Shown here: positions 61,586 to 64,000 of the stretch, piece after piece | How the letters are laid out: the number at the start of each line of letters is the position of its first letter | Position numbering within the stretch: the first letter of the stretch is position 1 | From: an uncultured Acidobacteriota bacterium | Lineage (GTDB): Bacteria > Acidobacteriota > UBA6911 > RPQK01 > JAPXNP01 | Assembly: GCA_963777605.1 (NCBI GenBank) | Contig: CAVZRV010000031.1 | Span: forward strand, 463,770 to 527,769 | DNA: 64,000 nucleotides | Direction: 5' to 3' | Made by a program: the position numbers and the translations under genes | Notes under the pieces: generated by a model | What the model was told of the DNA's origin: nothing | Seen by the model: only the letters and a program-made list of their open reading frames with translations | Database searches by the model: none

Positions 61586-62232
61586 TGATGAACCAGAAGG
61601 ACCGCAAGGAGTTCGCCGCTCTCATCGTGGGAACGGCGGAGGCACTGGGACGGGAAGTGTCGGCGGCCGCCATCGAGGTCATGTTCATGGCCTTGGCAGA
61701 CCTGTCGATCGAACAGGTGAAGCGCGGCGTCATCGCTCACCTGAACGATCCGCAAGAAGGTAAGTATATGTTGACTCCCGCGCACGTACGCGCGCACCTA
61801 CACGGCACAGTGAGCTTTCGTGCGCTCAACGCATGGACCAAGGCGGTGAGGGCCGTGGAAAGGCACGGGGCCTGGCTCTCCGTGGTCTTTGACGACCCGA
61901 TCATCGCACAGGTGATCGAGGACATGGGCGGCTGGATCACCTTCTGCGTCGAGATGAGCGACGAGCCGTGGCAGCAGAAGGAGTTTCTGCAGCGATACGA
62001 GGGCTACGCGGCGACCGGGCTTCCGAATCACGCGCCGGTGAAGCTCTTCGGGCCGCGCTGAACTCCACAACGGGGCCAGAGAACTTTCCTGCCCGGTTCC
62101 GCAGTACCGGCTGGTCGGAAACGTGACGTGGCCAAGCGTCTACTCCAGGCGGAGGAGGAACAGAAGGCCCTCGCGAGTACCGCGGAATCCGCAAGGCAGT
62201 TCTTGGAGAAGGTGAAGGAGCACGCAGGGTGA
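61585..62232 (+). CDS. DUF6475-like phage replication-associated protein; frameshifted after ~62050
   Basis: AW..V..AV...G...SVVFDDPII..VIEDMGGW motif; reading continues in other frames to TGA 62232. Confidence 0.6.
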
Positions 62233-62344
62233 GCTACGAATTGAATCGGAAAGCGGTGTGAGATGAGGGGATGGCGCAATCTCAGCCCCGACCAGCTGCG
62301 GGCCTTGAAGGTAAAGGCGCGGGACGTAAAGACCGAACCACGGG

Positions 62345-62638
62345 ATGAACAAGTGGGAGGCGCTGTTCGCCCAGCGTCTGGAGATCGAGAAGCGGGAAAG
62401 GAAGGTGATCGAGTGGAAGTTTGAGGCAGTCAAACTGCGGCTGGCGGACCGGACGTTCTACACGCCAGATTTCATGGTCGTGCTGGCGGATCTGAGGCTG
62501 GCTTTTTACGAGGTGAAGGGTCATTTGCGGGACGACGCGGCGGTCAAGTTCAAGGTGGCCGCCGAGACATTCCCGCAGTTTACGTGGACGATGTTCCGCT
62601 ACAAGGGCGGGACCTGGGAAGCAATCTACTCGTTTTGA
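62345..62638 (+). CDS. DUF1064-like PD-(D/E)XK endonuclease
   Basis: MNKWE...YTPDF...EVKG. Confidence 0.7.
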   Translation: MNKWEALFAQRLEIEKRERKVIEWKFEAVKLRLADRTFYTPDFMVVLADLRLAFYEVKGHLRDDAAVKFKVAAETFPQFTWTMFRYKGGTWEAIYSF

Positions 62639-62648
62639 GGGAGGTCGG

Positions 62649-62909
62649 ATGACACGACAGCAAGTTGCGCAATTGGGTGAGGTTGAGGAAATCGCTCGGC
62701 GGCTGGGGGCTCAGGCTCGAAGTGGGCTGGTTCTGGACGGCTTTGGCAGGAAGGTATTGCCGCTCGCGTTAAGGCTCCAACGACTTCGACGTCAGGGTTT
62801 CACTGGGCAGGTGACGATCCTGTTCAGCGACGGCGAACCTCGTAGCGTCGTGGAATCGGCGAACTTGAAGATCTCGGACATCGAGCTACAGGACGGGATC
62901 GCGTCCTGA
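62649..62909 (+). CDS. Hypothetical phage-like protein
   Basis: GGAGG RBS; co-directional tight packing. Confidence 0.55.
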   Translation: MTRQQVAQLGEVEEIARRLGAQARSGLVLDGFGRKVLPLALRLQRLRRQGFTGQVTILFSDGEPRSVVESANLKISDIELQDGIAS

Positions 62910-62937
62910 GAACCGCAAGGGCAGGGGAGAAAAGGCA

Positions 62938-63249
62938 ATGTTTCAGAACGGCGAAATTGTGGAACGGGTCGGGCAGACGGTTTGGATCTCTGTGCAGATC
63001 GGCCCGGATTCGTTCGTCTACCACTTCTACCAGACCGACGCGCCGAAAGCCTATGACGGCTTCGGCACCATCACCGTCATGGAGTGGGGGTCTACGCGGA
63101 TCGTGGGCATTCGGACGGCCCACTGCGAGTGGCAACTGATGCGCTACACAAGCGGGCTACACAAGGTCGAGACGCTTGAGGACCACTGGAGAAGTGACAT
63201 CATCGACGCGCTCTGGAGGCGGTTCTCAGGGAAGGAGGGTGTCGAGTGA
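62938..63249 (+). CDS. Hypothetical phage-like protein
   Basis: GGAG RBS; stop overlaps next start. Confidence 0.6.
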   Translation: MFQNGEIVERVGQTVWISVQIGPDSFVYHFYQTDAPKAYDGFGTITVMEWGSTRIVGIRTAHCEWQLMRYTSGLHKVETLEDHWRSDIIDALWRRFSGKEGVE

Positions 63250-63467
63250 CACAGGCGGAACTGGAACGGCGACTGGAGAGACTCGGCGAGCGCGCGGGCA
63301 TTCCGCTCGCGGTCGAGTACCAGGGGCGTCGTCCCATGATCTATGCGGTGGACGGCCCCGGCCTGCGACAGATCTCGCCCCGGCTCACCATGGGGGAAAT
63401 GCGGGAATGGCTCGGCGCTTTGGAACTGGGCATCGAACTCGCGACGGGAAAAGGGAAAGCTGCCTGA
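63246..63467 (+). CDS. Hypothetical phage-like protein
   Basis: GGAGG RBS, GTGA overlap. Confidence 0.6.
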   Translation: MTQAELERRLERLGERAGIPLAVEYQGRRPMIYAVDGPGLRQISPRLTMGEMREWLGALELGIELATGKGKAA

Positions 63468-63488
63468 CGACGCGCCACACAACCGGCG

Positions 63489-63997
63489 TTCGCGGGAGTC
63501 CCAAGACGGCTGACCGCGTCGCCTCGACTGGCGAATGCAACGCGGGCTTGCCGCTCAATGGATTCTGGAAATTCTGGAAGAGCTGGAGGCTTCGCGAGGA
63601 TCCGAGGCATCCAGGAGCCAGAGCGCTCTCGCGGGGCTGCGGATGCTACCGGATCAATCGAACACTGGCACCCAACTCACCTTCGAGTCTCTGCCAGTCC
63701 CGGTCCGCAGTCACCACGGGAAGCCCGAGCCGCTGTGCCTGGCACTGGGACAGCGGCTCGGGCTTCCCGTGGTGACTGCGACCGGGACTGGCAGACTCGA
63801 AGGTGAGTTGGGTGCCAGTGTTCGATTGATCCGGTAGGATCCCGCAGCCCCGCGAGAGCGCTCTGGCTCCTGGATGCCTCGGATGTGTCGCGAAGCCTCA
63901 GCTCTTCCAGAATTTCCAGAATCCATTGAGCGGCAAGCCCGCGTTGCATTCGCCAGTCGAGGCGACGCGGTCAGCCGTCTTGGGGGACTCCCGCGAA
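63489..63997. repeat. Long near-perfect inverted repeat (~248-bp arms, 13-nt centre)
   Basis: 63489-63736 is the reverse complement of 63750-63997 apart from about six small indel/substitution sites. Confidence 0.95.
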
Positions 63998-64000
63998 GGG

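Noticed and set aside
63535-63949. Mirror-image ORFs MQRGLAAQW... on both strands
   Set aside because: A by-product of the palindrome; frames diverge at the arm indels and show no protein motifs

Overview
GC-rich bacterial chromosome window. GWxTD, CRTAC1/ASPIC-UnbV, Oar-like TonB-dependent receptor and sulfatase-TPR genes suggest Acidobacteriota (inference). About a dozen genes carry single-base frameshifts, most simply explained as long-read consensus errors. Layout: (1) 1-40.6 kb, a secreted/periplasmic glycan-processing region with three DUF4091/GH123-like proteins, two CRTAC1 proteins, TPR proteins, a sulfatase, a GMC oxidoreductase pair and a TonB-dependent receptor. It includes a five-gene operon of two alkaline-phosphatase-superfamily paralogs, a tiny 'LGY'-tail protein, a DUF106/EMC3-like membrane protein and a sulfotransferase. 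(2) 35.5-36.8 kb, a REP-associated tyrosine transposase between two composite four-hairpin REPIN-like units, with further dispersed palindromic and heptamer repeats elsewhere. (3) 41-60.5 kb, mostly housekeeping genes (GWxTD, MscS, UbiD, DPP III, SRAP, rnhA, hemB, hisS, Smr). (4) 60.6-64 kb, a phage-like replication module ending in a ~509-bp near-perfect inverted repeat at the window edge. The best candidates for something undescribed are the AlkP/sulfotransferase operon, the giant palindrome (if not an artefact) and the cargo-carrying REPIN architecture. No tRNA, rRNA or CRISPR array was recognised. All family calls come from motif recognition by eye, not database searches.
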